Source: Chromera velia (taxonomy: Eukaryota). From it: a DNA stretch of 54,706 nt. A program made the translations under genes and the position numbers. Location of the stretch: the NCBI GenBank assembly GCA_018398765.1, contig JAHBMJ010000202.1, positions 1-54,706 on the forward strand. Reading direction: 5' to 3'. How positions within the stretch are numbered: the first letter of the stretch is position 1; every line of letters starts with the position of its first letter. Below, one piece after another: positions 41,302 to 54,240 of this stretch. The notes under the pieces were generated by a model. The model did not search any database. It saw only the letters and a list, made by a program, of their open reading frames with translations, and was not told where the DNA came from.

Positions 41302-42709
41302 ATTAAAATCCCTATGTTTTTCTTTCGGCATTAACTTTCAACATCATCTATCATTTTTTTCTTTTTCTCTTTGATCCTGTTTGGAGGCATTATCCGTCAT
41401 TGTCTGTCCTCTGTTGCCCCTCTCCCCTCTCTTTTACCTTTTGTGAGTGCACTTTATGTTTATGTACAGATCTATATGCACAAAGCTTAGCAGTTCAGCT
41501 TTGCAGCAAACACTCTTGCAAGTACTCGCAAGGGCTACTGGAGTAGGAGAAGCACACACACGTCTGTAGCGTTGGATCCGATTGCTAGATCGACCCAACA
41601 GGACCAGCGCCAATGGAATTGACAATGTGTAGGTTTGGTGCTCCTCGGAGGTCTACGGGGTTACTACCACGTCACCCCGCGATTCCACAGACAGTGTGGG
41701 ACAATAGACGGAGATTGCATCGCTGTTTGGTGTGTGGTGAGCTTGACCATCAAGTCAGGTGCGCTGCACACACTCCTGAATTTTTGGCAGAGCCCCTTTA
41801 AAAAGTGAATTTTATGGTTTTTAAAGGGGGTTTTAGCGTAGTTTTAGGGGGGTTTTCACCCCTCAGAAGAAGACTTTTTGCCTATAAATGAATTTTTGGT
41901 AGCTCATGACTAAAACGTGAACCAATGGTTCATGAGTGCATGCAGCGTGAAGTCAGGCAATGTGGCAATGGACTCCAGTTATAACCACACATGCGAACTA
42001 TTCAAGCGTCCCAAACCAGACCTTTTCAGCCTTCCCCACAGATATAAAGCTACCCCTGGCAGTCTCCACTTCCCTTTTCGTCTCTGCACTCTTTCGGCGA
42101 TCAGGGTGCGTAGTCTTGGGGAGGGAGAGGCAGGTCTGGTCGACGATAAGGTGACAGCCCAAGTTCACCTATGTCACCGGGCAGGAGCTTCGGCTCCGGT
42201 GGAAGGGGACGCATGCAATCTCCAAGCTTCGGTGGATCACCTCAACCTCGGTACGGTGGATCTCCAGCACGCAAAGCGGGATCAAAGAGGATTGCCGGGG
42301 TGAGAACGATTCGCAAGTAGACGGCATTTGACTGTGGGGTGGTGTATGCATGAATTATATGATCCGCATGCAAAAGAAAGAATTATGATCCGCGCGCATT
42401 CCGCGTGCGCACCACAACGCAAGGTTGCATATATCGATCTGACGCAAGCAAGCTTGCGAACGGCCCCGGAAAGCAAGAAAAATGAGAACTTCACGATTGA
42501 CGCACGCCGGCCAGCCAATCAGGCAGTCACGCCGACCCCCCCCCCCCNCCGTGGGAAAAGCCGTAGAACCCCCCCTCCCCCAGGAAAAAAGCCCGGGGAT
42601 ATAGCCTGTCGCTTTCTGGGGCCACTGACGCACGCATGCATGACGATGCAGGTTCATACACGCTTTTCTAGACCATTTGGGGCGGGATCTTTCCGGGGCC
42701 TTTTTTTGG

Positions 42710-42993
42710 TGAAAATCAGATAATCGGGTCTGAAGTCTACCTGACGTACGCACATTTGGCGTATATTCAGCCTTTCGGGGCCGGGTTTTTGCCGAAAGAC
42801 AGCGTCCATGCGTGCACGCACGTGGGCTGGGATATGGCCCCGGAAAGCGAAGCGGGGGGCACTTACAAAATAAAAATACCCCAGCCCACGTGCATGCACG
42901 CTGTCTTTCAGCAAAAACCCGGCCCCGAAAGGCTAATGTGCGCCAAATGTGCGTGCGTCAGGTGGGCTTCAGACCCGATTACCCGATTTTTCA
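42710..42993. mobile_element. Foldback/MITE-like long inverted repeat
   Basis: Arms 42710-42831 and about 42880-42993 are imperfect reverse complements (e.g. TAATCGGGTCTGAAG...CTTCAGACCCGATTA; AGCCTTTCGGGGCCGGGTTTTTGC...GCAAAAACCCGGCCCCGAAAGGCT) around a ~48-bp loop. Confidence 0.75.
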
Positions 42994-43774
42994 GCACCCT
43001 TTAATCATGCAATTCAATTATGCAAGCAACACAGTCAGTCAAGTGAAAGTTCTTCCTCCTCACTGTTCTTTCTTTGCACCAGATCGTGTTGTTAACATAT
43101 ATAAGCGTTACGTACTGCATCTTTGCATCTCGGAACTTCATTGTTTGATCCTGCCCCTGTGTATTTCTAAGTACATTGCGACCATGAAGCGGTTCTGGAA
43201 ACTCGTTCGTTGTTGCACCTTCGTTTTACTGGTTCTCCATCTCTGTTTGGGAGGAAGAGGCCCAGGAATCGGCCGTAGACGGTCGCATTCGACTTCTGCA
43301 ACTTTGTGTTCCTTCTTGCCATCCGGTAAGTCAAGAATGAATTCACTGGAATGCAAGTAGCCGTTGATCCACAACCATGTCCCAAAAAACCGTTCAGTTT
43401 TCGCCTCATACAGCTGCCTTACGTGACATTGTCTTCTCTGTTCTGTGTTTCTCTAACTGACTGGGCTGGTGGCTTTCTTATGATTTTTACCCTTTCCTCA
43501 GCATGATGCATTCGCAATTCCATGGTTTGCCATAGTCTTACACCTGCCTATACTCAATTCCATCTCATGCCCTGCCCGTCTCCTTTCCTCCAGGACACTG
43601 GGCCGCATTTTGTCTGACCGCCTCGTTCTTGCGTGCGTGCATCTTTCCTTCGAGCATCTCATCCTGCATTGTGTATTTCCGTCTCTTTTTGGCCGGCTTG
43701 CTTCTATATTTCCAGCGTGCCCAGCTCAATTTTATCCGCAAAGAGAAAGAAATGGAAAGAAAAGAACGACAGAA

Positions 43775-43794
43775 CAGAGAGAGAGAAGAGAAAC

Positions 43795-43842
<48 letters not shown>

Positions 43843-43874
43843 CAGAGAGACAGAGAGACAGACAGACACATACA

Positions 43875-43932
<58 letters not shown>

Positions 43933-44310
43933 CACACACACACACACACACACANNNNNNNNNNNNNNNNNNNNNNNNNNNNNNNNNNNNNNNNNNNNNN
44001 NNNNNNNNNNNNNNNNNNNNNNNNNNNNNNNNNNNNNNNNNNNNNNNNNNNNNNNNNNNNNNNNNNNNNNNNNNNNNNNNNNNNNNNNNNNNNNNNNNNN
44101 NNNNNNNNNNNNNNNNNNNNNNNNNNNNNNNNNNNNNNNNNNNNNNNNNNNNNNNNNNNNNNNNNNNNNNNNNNNNNNNNNNNNNNNNNNNNNNNNNNNN
44201 NNNNNNNNNNNNNNNNNNNNNNNNNNNNNNNNNNNNNNNNNNNNNNNNNNNNNNNNNNNNNNNNNNNNNNNNNNNNNNNNNNAGAGAGAGAGAGAGCGAA
44301 GAGAGAGAGA

Positions 44311-44346
<36 letters not shown>

Positions 44347-44414
44347 AAGCGAGAGTGAGAGCGAGAGCGAAGAAAGGGCGAGAGCGAAGAGAGGGCGAGA
44401 GCGAAGAGAGGGCG

Positions 44415-44446
<32 letters not shown>

Positions 44447-44527
44447 CGAGAACGAAGAGAGGGCGAGAGAGAGAGAGAAAGAGAAAGAAAGAAAGAGAGA
44501 GAGAGAGCGAAGAGAGAGAGAGAGCGC

Positions 44528-44564
<37 letters not shown>

Positions 44565-44598
44565 AAAGAGAGAGAGAGAGAGAGCGAAGAGAGAGAGA

Positions 44599-44629
<31 letters not shown>

Positions 44630-44645
44630 CGGAGAGAGAGAGAAT

Positions 44646-44687
<42 letters not shown>

Positions 44688-44700
44688 ATGAGGGAGAGAG
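43775..44700. repeat. (GA)n/(CA)n microsatellite field with assembly gap 43955-44281
   Basis: Direct inspection. Confidence 0.95.
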
Positions 44701-47137
44701 AGAACGGGGGAGAGAGAGACCCCTTCTCTCTCTCCTTCCATCCCACGTCTAATGGATCTTTGTCTGTGAAATCAAGAGCAATCAGATGATGGTCGTTGAT
44801 CTTCAAACAGATGAACTCAATGCAGTGAACGTACTTTGAAGATTGAGACATAATAAATGAAACCATAGTGAGCGTTAAGGAGTCATTAGGAGTCATTTCT
44901 TAATTAAGTCTTAAAAGTTTGCATTGAGGTTTTTTTAATGATAACAAGTTATAAAAATTGTTGATAAATTTGTTTATAGGTTTAGTCCAGGCCGACCTAT
45001 AAATTTTAGATCCATTATAAACTTTTTTTTGGCTTTTCATATAAAAAATATAAAGGACGGTTAAGAACATATAAGAAAATTAATTATGTTATGGATTTAA
45101 ATTTTCTTAAACTTAGTTTTCATTCTACAGTATTTTTTAGAAAACAAATGAAGTCTTACATACATCCGGGTTATCCCCCTCCTGACTGCATGTGAGTGCA
45201 CTTTTCTGCGTGGCTTCAATCCACTTCAAGCAGCTATATATATAGCATGCGTCAACCATGCAGTTGCAATTTTTTCTTGCTTTCCGGGGCCGTTCGCAAG
45301 CTTGCTTGCGTCAGATTTGTGTTTTCTAAGTGCCCCCCGCTTCGCTTTCCGGGGCCATAGAGAGGCGGCACAAAACCAGTGGCCGCGCATCTGGTCGAAC
45401 AGCTAGCTGTCAGACACCGTGACGAATCGAGCTTGAAAGTGAGACTCGGTCGATCATTTTGGCTTGATTGCTGAGGCGCGCATTGTGTCGTCTGGTGTTC
45501 AATTGTCGGTTGATCTAGCTTGTTTGTGGTGGGTTGATGGGAGCCAGGAGGCGTTGCTCGTCCCGACAAGCAGCCTCTCGGTGGGCAGCGACTCGAGAAG
45601 GGGCCGGAACTGGCGGGAGGACGAGAATGCGCTGTGATGTTCGGAGTTCAGTCTGCTCACGTCTCTCTCCGAGGCTTCATGGGGGCCTCTGCGATTCTCC
45701 CAGGGCTTTCTTTGGTTCGACGATTTCCATTTCCGCTCACGCCAGCCACGAGTGCATGGGTCGGGAGGAGGCGACTTCTGGACGGAATCAGCGGGAGGAG
45801 ACAGGTCCGTCGCTCGTGTGCTGCTCTCGCCGGCTGTGCGGATTCTCGCTCTCTTTCGGTTCCTTCGCAGCTCCTTCGGCCTTATGTGCCCAGGCCTTCG
45901 CGTTTCCTTCTTCGCCCTCCTTTTGGGGACGGTCTCGAAAGCCATGTGTACATACAACTCCCATGTTCTTTAGATAGGCGACTCACGGCAACGTCGGGAC
46001 GGTAGCTCGGGCCGCTGGGATCGAAGCGAGACTAGCCTCATTCTTGTCCCTTACTGCAGCTGGGTGTTGTCCGACTTCGGTGCTTCCAACCTGTGTTGAT
46101 GGGCCCCGAGCAGCGGCCTCTCGATTGGTAGCGACTCAGGGAGTGGCCACCGCGAGTGGGGGGCGGGAGGAAGTCGGAGAGGCAGGTTTGGAGTCGTCAG
46201 TCCGCTCCCGTCTCTGCCCCAACACAGACGCCTACATCGGGTCGACGAGGCTTCATGGAGACCTGTGCGTTTCGCCCGTGGCTTGCCCGGGCTTGTCAAC
46301 AGTAGACTCTTCGGTGTGCTCTGCGAGCAGCCTCAAGCTCACGTATCGGGATGTTGCCCAGGAGGCGGACTCCGGAAGGAGAGGGCAGGTCTACTTGGAG
46401 GTTCAGGGACCCTCTGGCTTGCGAGATGTTCCCGAGACAGGTCTGCCCTAGCTTGCCGTGCCTGCTTGCCGGTTCAACCGGTGTCCAACCCGTTCTCGCT
46501 CCTTCCTCTCGGCTCTTTGCCTGCCCTCAAGGGCCTCTTTGGTCTCCGCAATTCGTTCCCGCACGCTGCCCTTCTGTTCGTCCAGCTTCGTCTCGTCCGT
46601 CCTGCCTGCCGTTTAGGCTTGCCATGACTCCTCCATTCACGTCTCCAACCCTTTGGCCTTCCTCTTGGCTCTTTGCCGCCGCTTTGGTCTTCGCAATTCC
46701 TTTCGCACGCTGCCCTTCTGTTCTTCCAGCTTGGTCTCATCCGTCCTTCCTACCGCTCAGGCTTGCCGTCCCCTTCACTGTCGCTCACACCCCCCGCTGG
46801 GTCTAGCTGTCTCGAAAGATTTCTTCCCCTCTCCTTCCTGCAGGTGCCTCAGGGGATCTTGGGGGGGCCTTTGTCCTGGGACAGGAACACGGCTTGTCTG
46901 CAGCCCAACGAGAAGTGGTGGGTCGAGCGTGTCCGGCCTAGCTGTCGACGCGTTTCCTCCGTTGGTGGACTCACGTCTCTCCCTCTCTGCGTGCAGCCTC
47001 TGGACGCCGAACAGGAAGTCGACCGCGACGCTTCTCCTTCTCAAGGTGCGTCCCCAAGGAATGTGTTCGTCGCCTTTTTCGTTTTCTGCCCGGCCACGCA
47101 GTTGTCCAGAGGGGTTTTCGTTTTCGTCAGATCGACC

Positions 47138-48395
47138 CGAGGCTGCAGGCCCCTTTCTTGGAGTGTCACTCTCCGAAAAAGAAGCGTCATCCGGCTGTCA
47201 CCACCATTCGAAGGTGAAAGCAGGGTGTGTGTGAACGGTGGTGACAGTGGTGACACCTCTTTCCAAAACTTTTCTTTTCTATGTAGCTCCCCTCTTTCTT
47301 TTTCTCTACATGCTTTCTCTCAAAAGGTGTCACCAGTGTCACCACTGTCACCGAAAAGGTGCTTTCACCTTCTTGGGTGGGTGACACTTGGGTTTGAAGA
47401 CTGTCACCCGCGGTTGGAAGTGTCACTCTCTCTCTCTCTTTGCCTGCCTGCCTCTTTGGCTTCTTCCTCGGCTTGTCCCTCTGCGGTTTCTCTTCTCGGT
47501 CTTCCATGGTCCTTACGGTCCTTCCCGGGATGGCACCACCCCCCCTGTGTGTTCGTTCTTTCTTTGGTCGAATTAAGATGCTGCGGCTTTCCCCTGCTGC
47601 TTTGTCTGGACCCGAGTTCTGTTCTGCCTCACGTTGTTGTCGTCCATCCAGCAATGCCCTTTTGTGCTGTCACTTTTCGAGCGCCCAGCGGCTGCTTCTT
47701 TCTCTTGCCGTCTCCCGCTTCCTACGCTGCTTCTGTCTATCTCCGAGCTGGTGGTGTTTTCTCTCGATTTTTTCCCTGCTTCCCGCTCCCCGTGCAGGCT
47801 CTCTGAAGCATCTCGAAGAGCCCTCGCTGGCACGGCCGAAAATAGGACCGCAGGACGGCCTCTGCCCGGACCTGCCCGCAGCCCCACGACAGGCGGTAAG
47901 CCAGGCGCGTCCGGGCTGTCTTTTCCTGTCGTCTCTTCTTTTTTTGTGCGGTGTATTTTCGCCTGCTTTGTACCCTGCGTGCAGTCTTTGGTCCTCTCTA
48001 CCGTCCTCATGAACGTCCTGTCGAGCGCTTCTCCTCCGGCAGGTGGGTCTGCCGTGAGAGACAATGTTTTCTTCTTCGTTCTCGCACTTCGCTTTTCTTG
48101 TCGAGGCTGCAGCCCCTTTTTAAGGTTTCCGGAGTGTCACCCTCCGAACAAGAAGCGTCATCCGGGTGTCACCACCATTCGAAGGTGAAAGCAGGTTTCC
48201 GGTGGCAGTGGTGACAGTTGTGACACCTTTTCCGAAAAAGTTTTTTCCCTATAAAGCCTCTCTCTTTTTTCTTCTCAAGATACTTTTCGGAAAAAAGTGT
48301 CACAAGTGTCACCAGTGTCACGTTCACCTTTCTTCGGTATGTGACACTTCGGTTGGCAGACTGTCACCCGCAGTCGAAAGTGTCACCCTCTCTGC
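47138..48395. repeat. Two ~290-bp direct repeats (47138-47430, 48102-48395) rich in GTGTCAC/GTGACAC
   Basis: Both copies share GAGTGTCAC, AAGAAGCGTCATCCGG, CACCACCATTCGAAGGTGAAAGCAGG and GGTGACAG. Confidence 0.85.
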
Positions 48396-49189
48396 CTGAG
48401 TGTCCAGCCTCTATTCTTTGGAGGCGGTCTCTTCCGAAGTTTGCCGGACTGCCTCGCCTCGATCCTTTCTCCGCTCTCCTCCGTCCCCCTCCCTACTCTT
48501 CTTCCTTCTCTTCTTCATCGTCCTCTCGCGCCCCCTTCCCCCTGCTCTCCTCCTTCCCTCCCTCTTCCTTCCCTCCCCCTTCTCGCCGCTCTTCTCTGTC
48601 TGTTCCCTTGCTCCTCTTCTCTCCGCCCTCCTCTGCCTGTTCCCAAAGAGATAGCGGTAACGAATGTATGCTGGAGAAATTTTGGAGCGGACAACGTGCA
48701 CAGGGAGAGCCGTGAGCTTCAGCAGAACAGAGACACGAGCTAGGGCAGCAAGGAGGAGGCGTAAAGGGAAGCGCGGAGAGAGGAAAAACGAGGAGGGGAG
48801 GAGAAAGGGGGGAGCAGAGAGCGGACAGAGAAGGTGGAGGAAGCAGAGGGAGGAGAGCAGACAGAGAGGCGCGGAAACAGGAGGAGCGAGGAGAAGCAGA
48901 GATGAAGGGGAGGAAGAGGGGGAGCAAAGGGGGGAGCAGAGAGCAGACAGAGAAGGTGGAGGAAGCAGAGGGAGGAGAGCAGACAGAGAGGCGCGGAAAC
49001 AGGAGGAGCGAGGAGAAGCAGAGAGGAAGGGGAGGAAGAGGGGGAGCAGAGAGAGGAAAGGAGGAGAAAGGGGAGGGGAAAGACGAGGAGGGAGGAGGAA
49101 GTAGAGAGAAGACAGAGTGCGGATTTTTGCGGACAGAGAGTGGGGGTCTCTGAAGATTGTGTCCACATAGTGGGGGGTCTATGAGGATT

Positions 49190-49700
49190 TTGGTCAGCAG
49201 AGTGGGAGGGTCTATGGGATGTTGCCGACAGAGTGGGAGGGCCTGTGAGGATGTTGCCGACAGAGTGGGGAGGTATGTGGGGATTTTGCAGACAGAGTGG
49301 GAGGGTCTGTGGGGATGTTGCCGACAATGTGGGGCGGCCTGTGGAATTTTTGCCGACAGATTGGGGGGGTCTGTGAGGATGTTGCCGACACAGAGTGGGG
49401 GGGTCTGTGGGATTTAATTTGCCGACGCAGAGTGCATGGGGCGGCCTGTGGAATTTTTAGATTGGGTGTGTGTGTGAGGATGTTGCCGACAGAGTGGTGG
49501 GGTCTGTGAGGATTTTGCCGACACAGAGTGGTGGGGTCTGTGGGATTTTGCCGGCAGATTGGGGGGGTCTGTGAGGATGTTACCGACACAGAGTGGGGAG
49601 GTTTGTGGGATTTTGCCGACAGAGTGGTGGGGTCTTGCAGACAGAGTGGGGGAGTCTGTGAGGATTTTGCCGGCAGATTGGGGGGGTCTGTGGGATTTTA
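49190..49700. repeat. Degenerate ~30-bp G-rich minisatellite
   Basis: Unit approximately TTGCCGACAGAGTGGGGGGTCTGTGAGGAT. Confidence 0.85.
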
Positions 49701-50630
49701 AAGGAGAGAGTGTGTCCACTGTCTCCCCGGAGTATTCCAGGCAAATGACCTTCTCCTGGAGCTTTCTGCAGGTCGCTGCACGCGTATCAAGGGGAGCGAG
49801 ATGATCGATCCAAGGCTTCCGAGCCTGGAAGCAGCTCGAGAGCTTCTTTGCGTGGTGAGTCGAGCAGATTGACAGCTGCTTGTGGCCTCGAAACGTCGTG
49901 CCACTCCAAACGAGATTGTCGGCCCCTTTTCCCTTTCTGTGTGCAGACTTCGAGCCTTTCGAAAAAGGAACCTGGGAGTAGTCGGACTCCTTTTCCGGGT
50001 GCGTCTGTGCTCTGTCCTTTCTTACTGCCACCCTTGCATTTCCCCGTGTCAAGGCATGCGGCCACACGTAAGACCTCTTGGCCCAAGACTGCCAACTTTA
50101 TACAGCAAGCTGTGCACCGCAAGTTCCTCGGCTCTTTTCTGCCATAGTGTGCAGACCGTAGAGGGCCTTGTTTTTTTATTACTCAGTTTACTGCAGGGCT
50201 CTGCGCTTGTCTTGTCGTGCCTCCCTCCGTCACTCTCCGGCCCCCTCTCTGAGCATCTCTAATTTCTCCTGTATCTGATCGGTCTCTGCAGGTCTCTTGG
50301 GGAATGTCGATTGGCGAAGTGGGGGTGAGCGGAAAGCGGAACCAGCTTCAGTCAATCGTTCCGGCTCTGCTAACCGCCTTGATACCGGTGGGTAGTAGCC
50401 CTGTCTCCAATTTCCCGCTCTCTGGTACAGCAAGGTTCTTTAATTTGTGCCTCGGTCTCTTGTGCACGATCACTGCAGGTTTGTCGTGGAGTTGGAGTAG
50501 GGGCGAGCCGACTGGCTGCGTCAACGAACAGCACATCTCCCGTGACGCCGATCTTAGAGGTGAGTGGATCTGTCCGCTTGCAACTCCTCCTCTTTCAGTG
50601 GTTCTTTCGCGGTGTATCTCTTCCCACCGG

Positions 50631-51386
50631 TCTGCATGCCCACCGGCGATACCGGGACTTCCCACCGGAGATACCGGGACTTCCCACCGGAGATACCGGG
50701 ACTTCCCACCGGAGATACCGGGACTTCCCACCGGAGATACCGGGACTTCCCACCGGAGATACCGGGACTTCCCACCGGAGATACCGGGACTTCCCACCGG
50801 AGATACCGGGACTTCCCACCGGAGATACCGGGACTTCCCACCGGAGATACCGGGACTTCCCACCGGAGATACCGGGACTTCCCACCGGAGATACCGGGAC
50901 TTCCCACCGGAGATACCGGGACTTCCCACCGGAGATACCGGGACTTCCCACCGGAGATACCGGGACTTCCCACCGGAGATACCGGGACTTCCCACCGGAG
51001 ATACCGGGACTTCCCACCGGAGATACCGGGACTTCCCACCGGAGATACCGGGACTTCCCACCGGAGATACCGGGACTTCCCACCGGAGATACCGGGACTT
51101 CCGACCAGAGATACCAGGACTTCTGACCGGAGATACCGGGACTTCCCACCAGAGATACCGGGACTTCCGACCGGAGATACCGGGACTTCNTCTTTCAGTG
51201 GTTCTTTCGGTTTATCTCTTCCCACCGGTCTGCCCACCGAAGACACCGGGACTTCCCACCGGAGATACCGGGACTTCCCACCGGAGATACCGGGACTTCC
51301 CACCGGAGATACCGGGACTTCCCACCGGAGATACCGGGACTTCCCACCGGAGATACCGGGACTTCCCACCGGAGATACTGGGACTT
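50631..51386. repeat. 22-bp minisatellite (~30 copies in two blocks split at an N)
   Basis: Unit GATACCGGGACTTCCCACCGGA, nearly homogeneous. Confidence 0.95.
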
Positions 51387-52799
51387 GGGATGCTCTTTTC
51401 TTTTCCTCTGTCCTTTTTATTTTTTCTCCTCCTCTGCTGCATCTGCTGTATTGTTTGCAGCACAGGCTGTCGGAGTGACGCTCTCTGTACGCTTCTTCAT
51501 GCCCAAATCCTCTGGTGTGCAGGCTGGGGCCTCTCGAGCAAGGCAAGAGATCGGCTTGCCTACGTGCACAGCAGGAACCAGGGTGACGTCACTGAAGTGT
51601 TGCGGGGCTGCGAGCCGAAAGAGTGGCCAAGACAGCGCGTCCCCTTTGGCACCGATGTTGCAGGTGGGTTGGTCTGCCTTAATTTTTGTTCTCTCGCACT
51701 GCTTGTTTCAGTAGTGTCGGTGGGGCTATCGAAAGATTGCGCACGGGTGGGGCATCAATCAAGCCGTGGGATATTGTGACAGCGAATTCGTGGTCTGGGT
51801 TTTGCGTGGATGGGCGCGGTGTAGGAGAGTGCAGTAGGCTTTTCCATCAGCATCCGACCAGGATACTAAGGCTATTGGCTCGTGTGCTCCCGTCATCTTC
51901 GGTCGACTGCTGCTCTTCCTTGTCTGTGGGAGTTCTGGCTTCGGCGGCTAGGATGCGAAGACTCTCCACACTTTTGTGTGCGAGTGTGTCTTTCTTTTCA
52001 GCACTTGCGTCTTCCTCAGCCTTTATGGTCATGTTTTCTCTCTTGTTTTTTTTTTTCGTATGTTGACCTCGTCGAGTACAGCAGCCGTTCTCCACACCGC
52101 GATAACGTTGCGGTCCAAAGGGCTCTTCCGCTGGTGTTTTTCTGTCCTATGTGCTTTCTTTTTCTGCAGGGGGTGGGAGGAGAGACGGTGGACTGACCAG
52201 CAGAGACCTCGAGCAGCTGGGATGCGGAGGTCAGCAGGACGCGTTTTCTTTGTAGCGCAGGCCCTCCCATTTCTTCTTCCCATCAGACAGACAGAAGGCA
52301 GAGACCCAGCCCTACCTCCCGTCGGTTGCGTGCCCTCTAGCTGTCCAATTCTCCTGTCGCCGTCCTCTCTCTCATTCGGTCCCGTTCTTCTGTCCCCGTT
52401 TGGTCATCCTTCTCGTTCAGTCCTGCACCTGTTTGGTCCTCTCCCCTTTGGTTCCATACGTCCTGCACCTTTTTTGTTGTCTTGTCTTGTTCCCTGTTGT
52501 CTTCTCTCTTGCGGCCCCGTCCCCTGTGCCTTTTTGCCTGTCTTTCGATCGTCCCGCCGACTTCCATTGCGTCGCTTGGCTTCTCCGTTCTATTTTACCC
52601 TTGCTTAGCCGCGCTCCCTTCCGTTTTGTGTGTCATGCGGCGGGCCATCCCAGGGAGCTTTTTTCCCGATGGTGCTTGCTCTCGCTCCGCTTTTTCCCTG
52701 AAAAGGAGCCGCTTTTCGGGAAACTTGTATGCCATACACCATGGTGTGTGATATTTCAAAGTTTGTCAAAACAGCTGGTTTGTCTCTCTCCTGCAGGAA

Positions 52800-54240
52800 T
52801 GGTCGGGGGTTGCAGGGGAGCGGGGCCTTTTGGCCGTCCTGGGGGGGGCGGTACCGGCAGAGGGCATTTCGGGTGGGGCAGGGGAGAAGCCAAGCCTGAA
52901 GGAACGCTGGACAGCCCGCAACGTAAGTCGGCGTACCTTCGATCTGTGTGTGCTTCCTCCGCCAGGCTGCACGCGTTTTCTTCCTTCAGCTCGCTTTTTT
53001 CCGTCTGGCCGAACACACGTCTTAAAAAAGGACGTAGAGTAGCGCAAGGCTCTTTGACTTTCGCAGTCTGGCCGAGCAGACCCGTGATGGAAAATGAAAG
53101 ACAGTACAGCAGGAATCTCCAGCTTCCAATCGCTCAGATCTCTCGTATCGGGTCCGGCTCTTCTGCGCGTTGACCTCTCTCTTTTCGTCTTCGCTCGACG
53201 TTTTCGCCCGCCCCTCTCCGTCCGTTTTCGTTCTTTCTGGCTCTCTCCGTGCTCCTGCGTTGATTCCACCCTTCCCTCCTGCAGTTGTCGAGAGCCCTAG
53301 GGGAGCTCATGGCCGTCCTGAAGGTGGCGGTCCAGGGCGTGGGCTGTTCCGGGGGGGGGCGTCGTATCGGAGAGGAGTCGAGCCTGCAAGGGGTGCGCCG
53401 GTCAGCGGGTGTCCTTCGCATCTTCCGCGTACGCCCATTTCTTCGGGCGTGTCGAGACTCTCTCTTGCTCTTTGACTGTTGCTTTACATGCTTCCGCGGG
53501 GTATCAGCGCTCACAGAGATTCTTCTTCCTATCGGTGCTCCGTCCCTGTGCACGGTTGTTGCAGGCGGTTTGCAGGCGCGCCTCTGGGAAGGACAATTGA
53601 AGTGCAAGGGAGTGCGGGTCTCTCACCAACAAGAAGATGACACGTTGGCAGGTTCGCTTTTCAGTTCGGTTTTTTCAGTATGACTGATTGAATGCGCGAA
53701 AAAAGATGCAGAGCACACCAAGGCTCTTTAGCTTTCGCAGTCTGGCCGAATTGACACGCAAAAAAGGACGTGCCGTACACCAAAGTTCTTTAGCTTTGGC
53801 AGTCTCGCTGAGCTGGAAAAGGAAAGAGAGTACAACGGAGTTCTCTCGTGTAGGGTCCCGCTCTTCTTCGCTTTTTCCTCTCTCCAGGTGTCTGCTCGTT
53901 TTCGCCCCGCCCCTCTCTGTCCGTTTGCATTCTTCTCGCTGTTTCTGCGTGCTCATGCTTTCCAACTGCCTCCGCGTGCCCTTCCGTGCGCCCGCAGTCG
54001 TTGGGAACCCCAGGGGACCGATGTCTCACAGCCCTCCTGAAGGTGGCGGTCCCGGCCGAAGGCATTCCGAGGTTGCCGGGGGGTGCTGGAGAGGAGTCAA
54101 GCCTGCAGGCCATGCACAGGGTGCGTCGGACAGCGGGTGTCCTTTGCGTCTTTCGCATACGCGCTCCATTTCCTCCGGTGTATTGAGAATCTTTCTGACT
54201 CTTTGACTGCATTCCGTCTCTCGTTCGTTTGCAGGTCTCG
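52800..54240. repeat. Degenerate large-unit direct repeats
   Basis: GGCTCTTT..CTTTCGCAGTCTGGCCGA at about 53048 and 53722. TCCTGAAGGTGGCGGTCC at about 53316 and 54035, with a weaker third copy near 52835. Confidence 0.65.

Noticed and set aside
43565..44896. Long ER/SL-rich ORFs
   Set aside because: Translations of GA microsatellite and an N gap.
51190..51245. Real duplication of the minisatellite's left flank
   Set aside because: It begins exactly at an N, so it is probably a contig-join or haplotype artefact.
50631..51386. CRISPR-like array or repeat-protein ORFs (491, 330, 304 aa)
   Set aside because: Head-to-tail 22-bp units with no unique spacers and no cas genes. The ORFs arise because the unit lacks stops. 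The GGGACTTCCC resemblance to an NF-kB site is taken as coincidental.
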